Source: Flavobacteriales bacterium (GTDB lineage Bacteria > Bacteroidota > Bacteroidia > Flavobacteriales_F > PHOS-HE28). Taken from it: DNA of 64,000 bases. Both the position numbers and the translations under genes were made by a program. The stretch spans positions 3,765,284-3,829,283 of the forward strand of contig CP065018.1 in the NCBI GenBank assembly GCA_016700415.1, read 5' to 3'. The notes below the pieces were generated by a model. It saw only the letters and a program-made list of their open reading frames with translations. It searched no databases and was not told where the DNA came from. Positions 29,825 through 37,592 of the stretch are shown here, piece by piece (within the stretch, counting starts at the first letter, position 1; each line of letters opens with the position of its first letter).

Positions 29825-30196
29825 ATGGCCATCAGCTGGATCTATCTCCTTATTGCCTCGCTCAGTGAATCCGTCTGGCTTTACGCCGTGAAGGCCATGG
29901 ACGTCAAGGCGGTGAAGGAGATGGGCTGGGCCGGGTTCTTCAGCGACCCGCTGCATGCCAAGCCCTTGCTCCCGTTCCTGGGGTATGCCGTCTTCGGCGC
30001 GGGCAATGTGATCTTCCTGTCCATGAGCATGCGCACCATTCCCGCCAGCACGGCCTTCGCGGTTTGGATGGCGGTGGCCTTGATCAGCTCGAAGATGATC
30101 GACACCTTGTGGTTCAAGCAACCCACGAACGGACTGCAGCTGCTGTGGTTCGCGTTCATCATCATCGGGGTGGTCGGGCTGAAGCGCAGCATGTAG
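29825..30196 (+). CDS. SMR-family (DMT superfamily) small multidrug/quaternary-ammonium efflux protein
   Basis: 124 aa, four TM helices, MAISWIYLLIASLSESVWLYAVKAMD...; upstream part of track ORF 29576 is antisense to the peptidase gene. Confidence 0.6.
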   Translation: MAISWIYLLIASLSESVWLYAVKAMDVKAVKEMGWAGFFSDPLHAKPLLPFLGYAVFGAGNVIFLSMSMRTIPASTAFAVWMAVALISSKMIDTLWFKQPTNGLQLLWFAFIIIGVVGLKRSM

Positions 30197-30261
30197 GCCA
30201 CGGAAGCTGGTGCTCGCGAGACCTGCCTCCCGAAGGGATGGCCGCGAGTACCAGCTTCCGG

Positions 30262-30786
30262 CTACAGTCCCACCCGGAATACCATCGCCGGCACGCCGCG
30301 ATGCACGGTATCCTTCTCGTAGTGCATGCCGTTCCGCTTGGCCACCGCCTGGCTCTTCGTGTTGTCGTGGTCGATGAGCGAGATCACTGAAGGTGCCAGC
30401 GTATGTTCTTGTGCGAACACCTTGCAGGCCATCGACGCTTCCGTGGCATAGCCATGGCCCCAGGCCGAAGGCAGCACGTGATAGCCGATCTCCAGTTCCG
30501 CGATGCCGTCCACTTCCTGCGTCAAGAGGCCGATCATGCCTACGGGCGTATTGCTGGTGCGTTCGCTCACCACGTTCAGGCAGGAGCCGTCGCGGGCGAT
30601 CCGGTCCAACGAACGCTGGATGAACAACGTACAGTCGGCCTCACTTCCTATGGTGAACGGCATGAAGCGGATAGCCTCGGCGCTGTTCAAGTATTCCATC
30701 CACCAGCTATGATCGACTAGCGATGGGCGGCGGAAAATGAGGCGCTCGGTGATGAGGCCTTCGAGGGATGGGATGGGAAGAAGCAT
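30262..30786 (-). CDS. GNAT-family N-acetyltransferase
   Basis: LITERLIFRRPSLVDHSWWMEYLNS...ELEIGYHVLPSAWGHGYATEASMACKVFAQEH. Confidence 0.75.
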   Translation of the reverse strand: MLLPIPSLEGLITERLIFRRPSLVDHSWWMEYLNSAEAIRFMPFTIGSEADCTLFIQRSLDRIARDGSCLNVVSERTSNTPVGMIGLLTQEVDGIAELEIGYHVLPSAWGHGYATEASMACKVFAQEHTLAPSVISLIDHDNTKSQAVAKRNGMHYEKDTVHRGVPAMVFRVGL

Positions 30787-30883
30787 TGCACAAAGGTGTT
30801 GACGAGGATCGCTTCAGTGGTGACAGGCCGGAGGCCTTAAGATCTCACGCACTCGCGAAAAACGCGAGCGCAAGCATGGGTGG

Positions 30884-31435
30884 TCACTTCGGAGCCAACC
30901 GGCCGAACACCACCGAATCAGAGAATGCGCCTTCCCAGAAGATGTTCTCCTTGAAGTAGGCCTCGCGTGTAAAGCCGTTCTTCTCCAACACGCGCATCGA
31001 AGCAACGTTTCCCGCTTGGGTCCAAGCCTCCAAGCTGTGCAGGCCGAGAACGCCGAAGGCATGGTCCGCCACGGTAGCGATGGCCTCGCTCATCAGACCT
31101 TGGCCCCAGTGATCGCGGGCGAGCATATAGCCTATCTCGCCGCGATGGTGCTCCGGGTCAATGCGCCACGGACCGATCACGCCGATGCAGGCATCGTTCT
31201 CTTTCAACGTAATGGCCCACTGTGCGCAGGTGTTGGCGCGCTGGCCGTCCTGAACGCGTGTGACGAAAGCCTTCGCATCATCGATGGTAACGGCCCGTGG
31301 CCGATGGACGAAGCGCATCACCTCGGGGTCGCTGCGCATCGCGAAGAACTCGGGCGCATCGCTCATGCGGACCTCGCGAAGTACAAGTCGCGCGGTGGTG
31401 AGGGTGGGAAGGGGAGTGAGGTCGAGGGCGAGCAT
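30884..31435 (-). CDS. GNAT-family N-acetyltransferase (RimJ/RimL-like), paralog of 23218..23781
   Basis: TTARLVLREVRMSDAPEFFAMRSDPEVMRF...GEIGYMLARDHWGQGLMSEAIATVADHAF...LHSLEAWTQAGNVASMRVLEKNGF. Confidence 0.8.
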   Translation of the reverse strand: MLALDLTPLPTLTTARLVLREVRMSDAPEFFAMRSDPEVMRFVHRPRAVTIDDAKAFVTRVQDGQRANTCAQWAITLKENDACIGVIGPWRIDPEHHRGEIGYMLARDHWGQGLMSEAIATVADHAFGVLGLHSLEAWTQAGNVASMRVLEKNGFTREAYFKENIFWEGAFSDSVVFGRLAPK

Positions 31436-31495
31436 GAACAGACTTCGCAAAGGTGGGACTGCTTCGTAGTCAGATCACAGATCCGCGCCAGCCGC

Positions 31496-31867
31496 TCATC
31501 GCGCCGTGATCTTCTTCTTCCGAGGCTTAGCGGAAAGCCGACGCAATGCTTCCTGTTGCGCTGCATCGCGAATGAAACCACGAAGTGAAAGGTCTTCATC
31601 CACTGCTTCCCAATGGATGCCGATGCCGCCGCCGATCAAGCGCCATTTCTTCAACTGCGTATCGGTCGCCTTCTTCAATCGCTCAAAATCCGAGATGTGC
31701 GCTTGGAGCACATCACCGCTGTTGAGCACTAGCACGAGTAGATCAAGTTCCTTATAGGGATGCACGTCTTCAATGCGCAGTCCTTCCCGCAAGATCATCG
31801 CTTCGATCGGGTCGATCCCGATGCCTTGCTTAACCGAAGTGGCGTTCCCACGCTTGGAGGAGCTCAT
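31496..31867 (-). CDS. DUF2442-family protein
   Basis: ...LREGLRIEDVHPYKELDLLVLVLNSGDVLQAHISDFERLKKATDTQLKKWRLIGGGIGIHWEAVDEDLSLRGF; start uncertain (31867 or 31792). Confidence 0.55.
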   Translation of the reverse strand: MSSSKRGNATSVKQGIGIDPIEAMILREGLRIEDVHPYKELDLLVLVLNSGDVLQAHISDFERLKKATDTQLKKWRLIGGGIGIHWEAVDEDLSLRGFIRDAAQQEALRRLSAKPRKKKITAR

Positions 31868-32081
31868 GCTGATGCTTTTTGACAAGACGTTCGATCTTCC
31901 GTTCCTCACCGGCCTTGTAGCCGTTCGAATATACCATGCGTGGCTCAGGTGTCAGCCACCACTTTGCCGTTCCGTTGCCTTTCTCCACGTGGATGTGCGG
32001 CGGTTCCCCATTCTCCTTGCTGAAGAAGAAGAAACGAAAACCGTCAATGTTTCGGATGGCGCGAGGACTCATTGTGATCAC
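31830..32081 (-). CDS. DUF4160-family protein (commonly paired with DUF2442)
   Basis: MITMSPRAIRNIDGFRFFFFSKENGEPPHIHVEKGNGTAKWWLTPEP...; lower local GC; start overlaps stop of upstream dehydrogenase gene. Confidence 0.55.
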   Translation of the reverse strand: MITMSPRAIRNIDGFRFFFFSKENGEPPHIHVEKGNGTAKWWLTPEPRMVYSNGYKAGEERKIERLVKKHQHELLQAWERHFG

Positions 32082-34483
32082 GCCATCCTTCCCGGTTCCG
32101 CCTCCCGCACCATCTCCACAACCTTCTCCACCACATCCTCCAAGCTCGGCTTGCTGAAGTAATCCCCATCCGTTCCATAGGCGGGACGATGGGCCTTAGC
32201 AGTGAGCGTCGTAGGAGCGCAGTCCAACCAGCGGTAGCCGTTCTGCACTTGCAGCACTTGTTGCAGGATGTACGCACTGGCACCACCGGGCACGTCCTCG
32301 TCCACCACCAAGAGGCGGCTGGTCTTCTTCAGGCTTTCCACGACGCGGTGCTCGCGGTCGAAGGGGAGGAGGGTGCGCACGTCGATCATCTCCACGCTGA
32401 TGCCGAGTTCCGCCAAGCGGTCGGCGGCGTGCATGCAGATGTTGAAGGTGCTGCCGTAACTCACCAAGGTCACGTCGCTGCCTTCGCGCACCACTTCGGG
32501 GATGCCGATGGGCACGGTGAATTCACCCAGGTTCGCGGGCATCTTCTCCTTGCTGCGGTAGCCGTTGAGGCATTCGATCACCAGCGCGGGATCATCGCTT
32601 TGGATGAGCGTATTGTACATGCCGGCGGCCTGCTGCATGTTGCGCGGTACGCAGACCACGATGCCGCGGAGGCTGTTGACGATCATGCCCATGGGGCTGC
32701 CGCTGTGCCACACGCCTTCCAGCCGGTGTCCCCGGGTGCGTACGATCAACGGGGCTTTCTGGCCGCCTTTGGTGCGCCATTGCACGGTGGCGAGGTCGTC
32801 GCTCATCACTTGCAGGCAGTAGAGCAGGTAGTCCAGGTATTGGATCTCCGCCACGGGGCGCAGGCCGCGCAGCGCCATGCCGATGCCTTGCCCGAGGATG
32901 CTGTTCTCGCGGATGCCGACGTCGCTGACGCGCAGTTCGCCGAAGCGGGCCTGCATGCCTTCCATCCCTTGGTTCACGTCGCCGATCTTGCCGGTGTCCT
33001 CGCCGAAGGTGAGCAGCAGCGGCTCCTTCTCGAAGAGCGCCGCGAAGTTGTCGCGGATGATGATGCGGCCGTCCACCTCCTCTTCCTCGCCGTATTCCAC
33101 AGGTACTTCGGGGATGTTCAGGCAGCTCTTCGCGCTTTGGCTGTACAAGTAGCTGCTGTAGCGGTCGGCGTTGGCGGCGTTGGCGTTCCCGATCCACGCA
33201 CGCAGTTCTTCGGCATCGGTCCCTGCGGTTTCCGCGGCCACCAAGGCGCGGCGCGCGGTGCTCATGATGTCCTTGCGGCCGGGGTCCAGCGCGGTGCGCA
33301 GTTCCTCCGCGAGGGCTTCGGCACCGTCCATGCGCAATGCGCCCACCAGTGCGATCACCTCTTTTCCTTCAGCCTGGATCGGCGAGAGGTAGGCCGCCCA
33401 TGCGGATTTCTGCGCGGCTTTCACCTCGGCCTTGGCCCCGGTCTGGATGGCATCGAGCTCTTCCACCGTGGCGATGGGCATTCCACCGGGCTTGAAGGCA
33501 AGGATCCATTCGCGGAAGCGCACATTGCAATCGGCGCTCTTGTACCACTCCAGCAGTTCCTTGCTCTTGTAGCGTTCGTGGCTGCCGCTGGTGCTGTGGC
33601 CTTGGGGCTGTGTCACCTCTTCCACATGGATCAGGCAGGGCACATGCTCGTTGCGGCAAAGGGCGATGGCCTGCTCGTAGGTTTTGTTCAGTGCGGCGTA
33701 GTCCCAGCCTTTCACCTTGTGAATGCGGATGCCGTTGGTGTTCTCCTGCTTCTCAAAACCTTGGAACAGCTTGCTGATGCTGCCTTTGGTGGTCTGGTGG
33801 TCCTTGCTCACGCTGATGCCCCATCCATCGTCCCAAACGTTCATCGCCATGGGCACCTGGAGCACGCCGGCGGCGTTCATGCTTTCCCAGAAGGGGCCTT
33901 CGCTGGTGCTGGCGTCGCCGATGGTGCCGAAGGCCACTTCGTTCCCTTTGTCACTGAAGTGCGTGTAGCCGTGGAGGGCCTTGTTCTGGCGGAACATCTT
34001 ACTGGCCAGTGCAAGGCCGAGCAGGCGCGGCATCTGCCCGCCGGTGGGGGAGATGTCCGGGCTTGAGTTGTATTGCTCGGCGAGGTTCTTCCACTCGCCG
34101 TTGGCATCAAGGCTGCGCGTGGCGAAATGGCCGTTCATCTGGCGTCCGGCGCTGGCAGGTTCCGCGTTGACGTCGGCATGTGCGTAGAGCTGCGCGAACC
34201 ATTGTTGCACGGTCAGCTCGCCGATGGCGAACATGAAGGTCTGGTCGCGGTAATATCCGCTGCGCCAATCGCCGGGGCGGAATTGCTTGGCCATGCACAC
34301 CTGCGCCAGTTCCTTTCCGTCGCCGAAGATGCCGAACTTGGCTTTCCCTGTGAGCACTTCCTTGCGGCCGAGCAGGCTGACCTCTCGGCTGAGCGAGACA
34401 AGTTTGAAGTCGCGGAGGATCTCTTCCCTCAGTTCGTTCAAGGTGATCGATCCTTCCGCTGTGGATGTATCGGTAGTGGGCAT
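32078..34483 (-). CDS. fused alpha/beta E1 component of a 2-oxoacid (branched-chain alpha-keto acid) dehydrogenase
   Basis: About 801 aa from MPTTDTSTAEGSITLNELREEIL; N-terminal TPP-binding alpha-like region (GIFGDGKELAQVCMA...YYRDQTF), C-terminal transketolase-like beta region (...RVSDVGIRENSILGQGIGMALRGLRP..., VVCVPRNMQQAAGMYNTLI); track ORF 34705 start is upstream of the likely start. Confidence 0.75.
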   Translation of the reverse strand: MPTTDTSTAEGSITLNELREEILRDFKLVSLSREVSLLGRKEVLTGKAKFGIFGDGKELAQVCMAKQFRPGDWRSGYYRDQTFMFAIGELTVQQWFAQLYAHADVNAEPASAGRQMNGHFATRSLDANGEWKNLAEQYNSSPDISPTGGQMPRLLGLALASKMFRQNKALHGYTHFSDKGNEVAFGTIGDASTSEGPFWESMNAAGVLQVPMAMNVWDDGWGISVSKDHQTTKGSISKLFQGFEKQENTNGIRIHKVKGWDYAALNKTYEQAIALCRNEHVPCLIHVEEVTQPQGHSTSGSHERYKSKELLEWYKSADCNVRFREWILAFKPGGMPIATVEELDAIQTGAKAEVKAAQKSAWAAYLSPIQAEGKEVIALVGALRMDGAEALAEELRTALDPGRKDIMSTARRALVAAETAGTDAEELRAWIGNANAANADRYSSYLYSQSAKSCLNIPEVPVEYGEEEEVDGRIIIRDNFAALFEKEPLLLTFGEDTGKIGDVNQGMEGMQARFGELRVSDVGIRENSILGQGIGMALRGLRPVAEIQYLDYLLYCLQVMSDDLATVQWRTKGGQKAPLIVRTRGHRLEGVWHSGSPMGMIVNSLRGIVVCVPRNMQQAAGMYNTLIQSDDPALVIECLNGYRSKEKMPANLGEFTVPIGIPEVVREGSDVTLVSYGSTFNICMHAADRLAELGISVEMIDVRTLLPFDREHRVVESLKKTSRLLVVDEDVPGGASAYILQQVLQVQNGYRWLDCAPTTLTAKAHRPAYGTDGDYFSKPSLEDVVEKVVEMVREAEPGRMA

Positions 34484-34670
34484 GGTGATAAAAATACGTT
34501 CGTTGCGAAGGTAGCGCGTGGGCAGGATCATAGCCGGTACGCCCACGCATTTCCGTATGGTGCAGGCATGCCCAAGACGTATAAAGGGCCATGACCTGTG
34601 CGGTCCGAGCTCCTTGAATGAGAAAGGGGGGCCGTTGCTGGCCCCCTTTCCGGTGTCGTTGTCAAAATGC

Positions 34671-35030
34671 TCAGTCTGCCCGCACCAATGGCTTTTGTGC
34701 CACATGGTCCGCAGTGGTCACTCGAAGGATATACAGGCTGGCGGGCAGCTCGGCCCCCAGCTCAAGCCGGACCGTATTGCCGCCCTCAAGCATCAGGTCG
34801 CGCTGCACGAGGATGCGTCCGTCCACGGAGAGCACTTCCACGCGGGCCTTCCCGGAGATGCCTTTCAAGGCGACGTTCACCGCGTCGCGGAACGGATCGG
34901 GGTAGACCTCCAGCAGGTCGTTCGCAGCGGTCAGTTCATCGATGCCGACAGGGCTGGCCTCACCTTTCGTTGCGTTCACGCAGTAGCGGTCCGTATCGGA
35001 GTTGGCCTGTTCGAGCACGCCGTTCATCTG
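34671..35030 (-). pseudogene. orphan T9SS C-terminal sorting domain ORF (likely remnant of a larger cargo gene)
   Basis: MNGVLEQANSDTDRYCVNATKGEASPVGIDELTAANDLLEVYPDPFRDAVNVALKGISGKARVEVLSVDGRILVQRDLMLEGGNTVRLELGAELPASLYILRVTTADHVAQKPLVR: classic type-A T9SS CTD with no signal peptide and no mature domain. Confidence 0.45.
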
Positions 35031-35107
35031 TTTCTTTGCCGGGCGGGGAATTTCAGAGAACTTCGCCCCGTGGGAATAACCCCGGAACTTTAGATCCAAC
35101 ATCAGCC

Positions 35108-35593
35108 ATGCACACCTCGTTTTCACTCCGTCGATCCTTCCTGCCGTTGAGCATTGCCTTGCTGGTAGCCGCTTGCAGCAGCGATACGCCCAAAGCGGCG
35201 GCCCCGTCCGATACGCCCGGAGCAGCGGCACCAGTGGAGGAAAAAGCACCTGAAGCATCATCCTTTCCGGCAGGCTTCATTACTGCACAGGACATCACCT
35301 TGGACAAGGACATTGACCAAGGCATGGTCGCCGAGGCTAAGAAGATCTTCGATGCCAAGTGCCATGTGTGCCACGGCCTTACGGAGGAGAAGGTGGTGGG
35401 GCCCGGTTGGAAGGGCGTGATCAACGAGCGCAAGCCCGAGTGGATCATGAACATGATGCTTCACACGCAGTGGATGGTGGAGAATGATCCCGATGCACAG
35501 GCATTGGTGGAAGAGACCAAGACCGTGATGCCGGACCAAGAGCTCACGAAGGACCAAGCCCGCGCCATGCTGGAGCTGATCCGCTCCCTCTGA
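35108..35593 (+). CDS. c-type cytochrome lipoprotein (CxxCH), paralog of 37066..37560
   Basis: MHTSFSLRRSFLPLSIALLVAACSS lipobox; CHVCH heme site; ...VVGPGWKGVINERKPEWIMNMMLHTQWMVENDPDAQALVEE...; upstream 147 aa of track ORF 34667 rejected. Confidence 0.8.
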   Translation: MHTSFSLRRSFLPLSIALLVAACSSDTPKAAAPSDTPGAAAPVEEKAPEASSFPAGFITAQDITLDKDIDQGMVAEAKKIFDAKCHVCHGLTEEKVVGPGWKGVINERKPEWIMNMMLHTQWMVENDPDAQALVEETKTVMPDQELTKDQARAMLELIRSL

Positions 35594-35695
35594 GCACAGC
35601 GTTGCCAACATCTTGAAAGGCCGGCCTGAAGGGGTCGGCCTTTCTCGTGCTCTTTCAGGGCCTCCGCTACGGGACGCCGAGGGAGCGATCTGCCG

Positions 35696-36940
35696 CTAGG
35701 CCGCTGAAGGAGCAATTCGCTGCCCCACGCGGACGACCTCCTTCCGGCGTTCGTAGATCGCATGCACCAGCAGCGTGATGATCCCGGTGGGGAGGAACAT
35801 GGATACGCCGAAGAGGATCCAGTAGTAGCCGGGGATCATGCCCCAGCCCGCCCAGAAGAGAAGGCCTTGGAGAAAGAGAACGCCTTCCGTCAGGATCATG
35901 CCCGTGGTAAAGAGGGAGAGGCCGGAGCGAGCCACCCAAGAGGTGCTTACGAACCAGCCGCGCACCAAGGCCATGGCAAAGAGCATCATGCTGATGGCGC
36001 CCAGGGTGTTTAGGTGGATGAAACCCATTGTGAAATTGCGCACGGTGAAGGCCATGATGGCCACATGCGGGATGGCCACGGCCGCCTGCATCACCACCTT
36101 CAGGCCCATGCCTATGAGCGAGTAGGTGACGCAGCGCCATGCCCACAGCGGCGCCTTGTCATGGAGCATCCTTTGGACCTTGAGAATGGCCTTCATCGTG
36201 CGCCAACCGGCCCAGAGCTGCAGCACCACGCCAATGGAGTTGACCGCATATACAGTCCAGTGGTGTTCGCTCCATGCGATGGCCAATGCGAAGGTGAGCA
36301 CAACGGAGATCAGCCAGAGGCGGATCGTGAAGCGGTCCAGCACATGTCTTGCGCCGTGCGTCTCGGCCCAACGGCTCCACAGCGCCAAGGCACCGAACCA
36401 GAACCAGCCGTTGAGCTGGAAGTGCAGGTAGAACTGGATGGACCAGTAGTACAATTCCGTGCCGAACCCGCCGCCGGAGACGATCGGCCCCATGGCCCAG
36501 ATCCCAATGGTGGAGATGAACATCAAGATCACCGCCATGCGCGTGAGGAGGCGGCTGCCGTTCGCCCGCCAGGTGCGCGTGGCCTTCCATACCTGTACGC
36601 TGAGCCAATAACCGGCCAACATATGCAATACGGACACGGTGATGGTGAATGCGCCGTAGCTCTGCACCGGGAAGCCCAAGAGCATGCCCACCACGGCGAT
36701 CTGGGCCGCGGCAAGCAGGATGTTGCTGCGCCTCGACGGACCATGTTCCGTTTCATCCTGCAACAAGAACACGACCATGGCGATAAAGGCCCAGCCCAGC
36801 ATGGCCACGTGGGAGTGCGCGTTCAGCAGGGGCTTGAAGCGGATGAAGGGGATCTCCCAGATATAGATGGCCCGTAGCACGCAGCCGATGAGGGCGGCGA
36901 TGCCGAAGTTGAGCAGGGCGATGTTGAACCAGCGGCGCAT
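35696..36940 (-). CDS. polytopic membrane protein, putative NnrS family
   Basis: 414 aa, about 12 TM helices, conserved His residues; size, topology and location inside a nos cluster fit NnrS; assignment by inference. Confidence 0.5.
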   Translation of the reverse strand: MRRWFNIALLNFGIAALIGCVLRAIYIWEIPFIRFKPLLNAHSHVAMLGWAFIAMVVFLLQDETEHGPSRRSNILLAAAQIAVVGMLLGFPVQSYGAFTITVSVLHMLAGYWLSVQVWKATRTWRANGSRLLTRMAVILMFISTIGIWAMGPIVSGGGFGTELYYWSIQFYLHFQLNGWFWFGALALWSRWAETHGARHVLDRFTIRLWLISVVLTFALAIAWSEHHWTVYAVNSIGVVLQLWAGWRTMKAILKVQRMLHDKAPLWAWRCVTYSLIGMGLKVVMQAAVAIPHVAIMAFTVRNFTMGFIHLNTLGAISMMLFAMALVRGWFVSTSWVARSGLSLFTTGMILTEGVLFLQGLLFWAGWGMIPGYYWILFGVSMFLPTGIITLLVHAIYERRKEVVRVGQRIAPSAA

Positions 36941-37000
36941 GGGGCGCGAAGATCCGCATAAACAGGGAATAGTTGGGCATGATGAAACTCATTCAAGGGC

Positions 37001-37014
37001 TTGACAAGCATCAG
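37001..37014. promoter_or_regulatory. candidate FNR/CRP-family (Dnr/NnrR-type) binding site TTGAC-N4-ATCAG upstream of cyt c-nosZ
   Basis: ttgacaagcatcag about 55 bp upstream of cyt c start codon in the divergent nnrS/cytC-nosZ intergenic region. Confidence 0.35.
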
Positions 37015-37065
37015 CTCTATCTTCGCCGCGCTAACGACCTTTGAACCCGAAAACACCTCGACCTA

Positions 37066-37560
37066 ATGGTAACTGACAAGAAGCTCACACTGAACACCCT
37101 CAAAGCGCTGACCTTGGTCGGTTTGACCACATTCGCGATGGCCTGTGGCGGTGGGGAAAGTACCCCTGCCACCACGACCGTGTCTTCTGCAGCGGCAGAA
37201 AATTCTGAAGCCGCAGCAGCGGTTGCGGGTCTCATCACCGCCGATGATGTGAACCTCGGTCCCATTGACCAAGGCATGGTGGCGAAGGGTAAGGAGCTGT
37301 ATGACCTGAAATGTCAGGCCTGCCACAGCTTGGGCACCAACCGCGTGGTCGGTCCCGGGTGGCAGGGCGTGGCGGACCAGCGCAAGCCGGAGTGGATCAT
37401 GAACATGATCGTCCACACCGATGCCATGCTGGAGAACGATGCTGAAGCACAGGCCATGCTGGAGGAATGCCTGGTGCGCATGCCGAACCAGAACCTGAGC
37501 AAGGATGATGCCCGCAATGTGCTTGAGTTCATGCGTTCCTTGGAAAAAAAACCGGCCTAA
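37066..37560 (+). CDS. c-type cytochrome lipoprotein (CxxCH) immediately upstream of nosZ
   Basis: Lipobox LTTFAMACGG; CQACH; VVGPGWQGVADQRKPEWIMNMIVHTDAMLENDAEAQAML... about 60% identical in core to 35108..35593 product. Confidence 0.8.
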   Translation: MVTDKKLTLNTLKALTLVGLTTFAMACGGGESTPATTTVSSAAAENSEAAAAVAGLITADDVNLGPIDQGMVAKGKELYDLKCQACHSLGTNRVVGPGWQGVADQRKPEWIMNMIVHTDAMLENDAEAQAMLEECLVRMPNQNLSKDDARNVLEFMRSLEKKPA

Positions 37561-37592
37561 GTGCCATCTTTTGAACAACCAACCAACCTGAA

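Noticed and set aside
34667-35107. N-terminal 147 aa of the track ORF 34667..35593
   Set aside because: Pro/Arg/Gly-rich antisense-type sequence; a proper lipoprotein signal peptide and start codon occur at 35108
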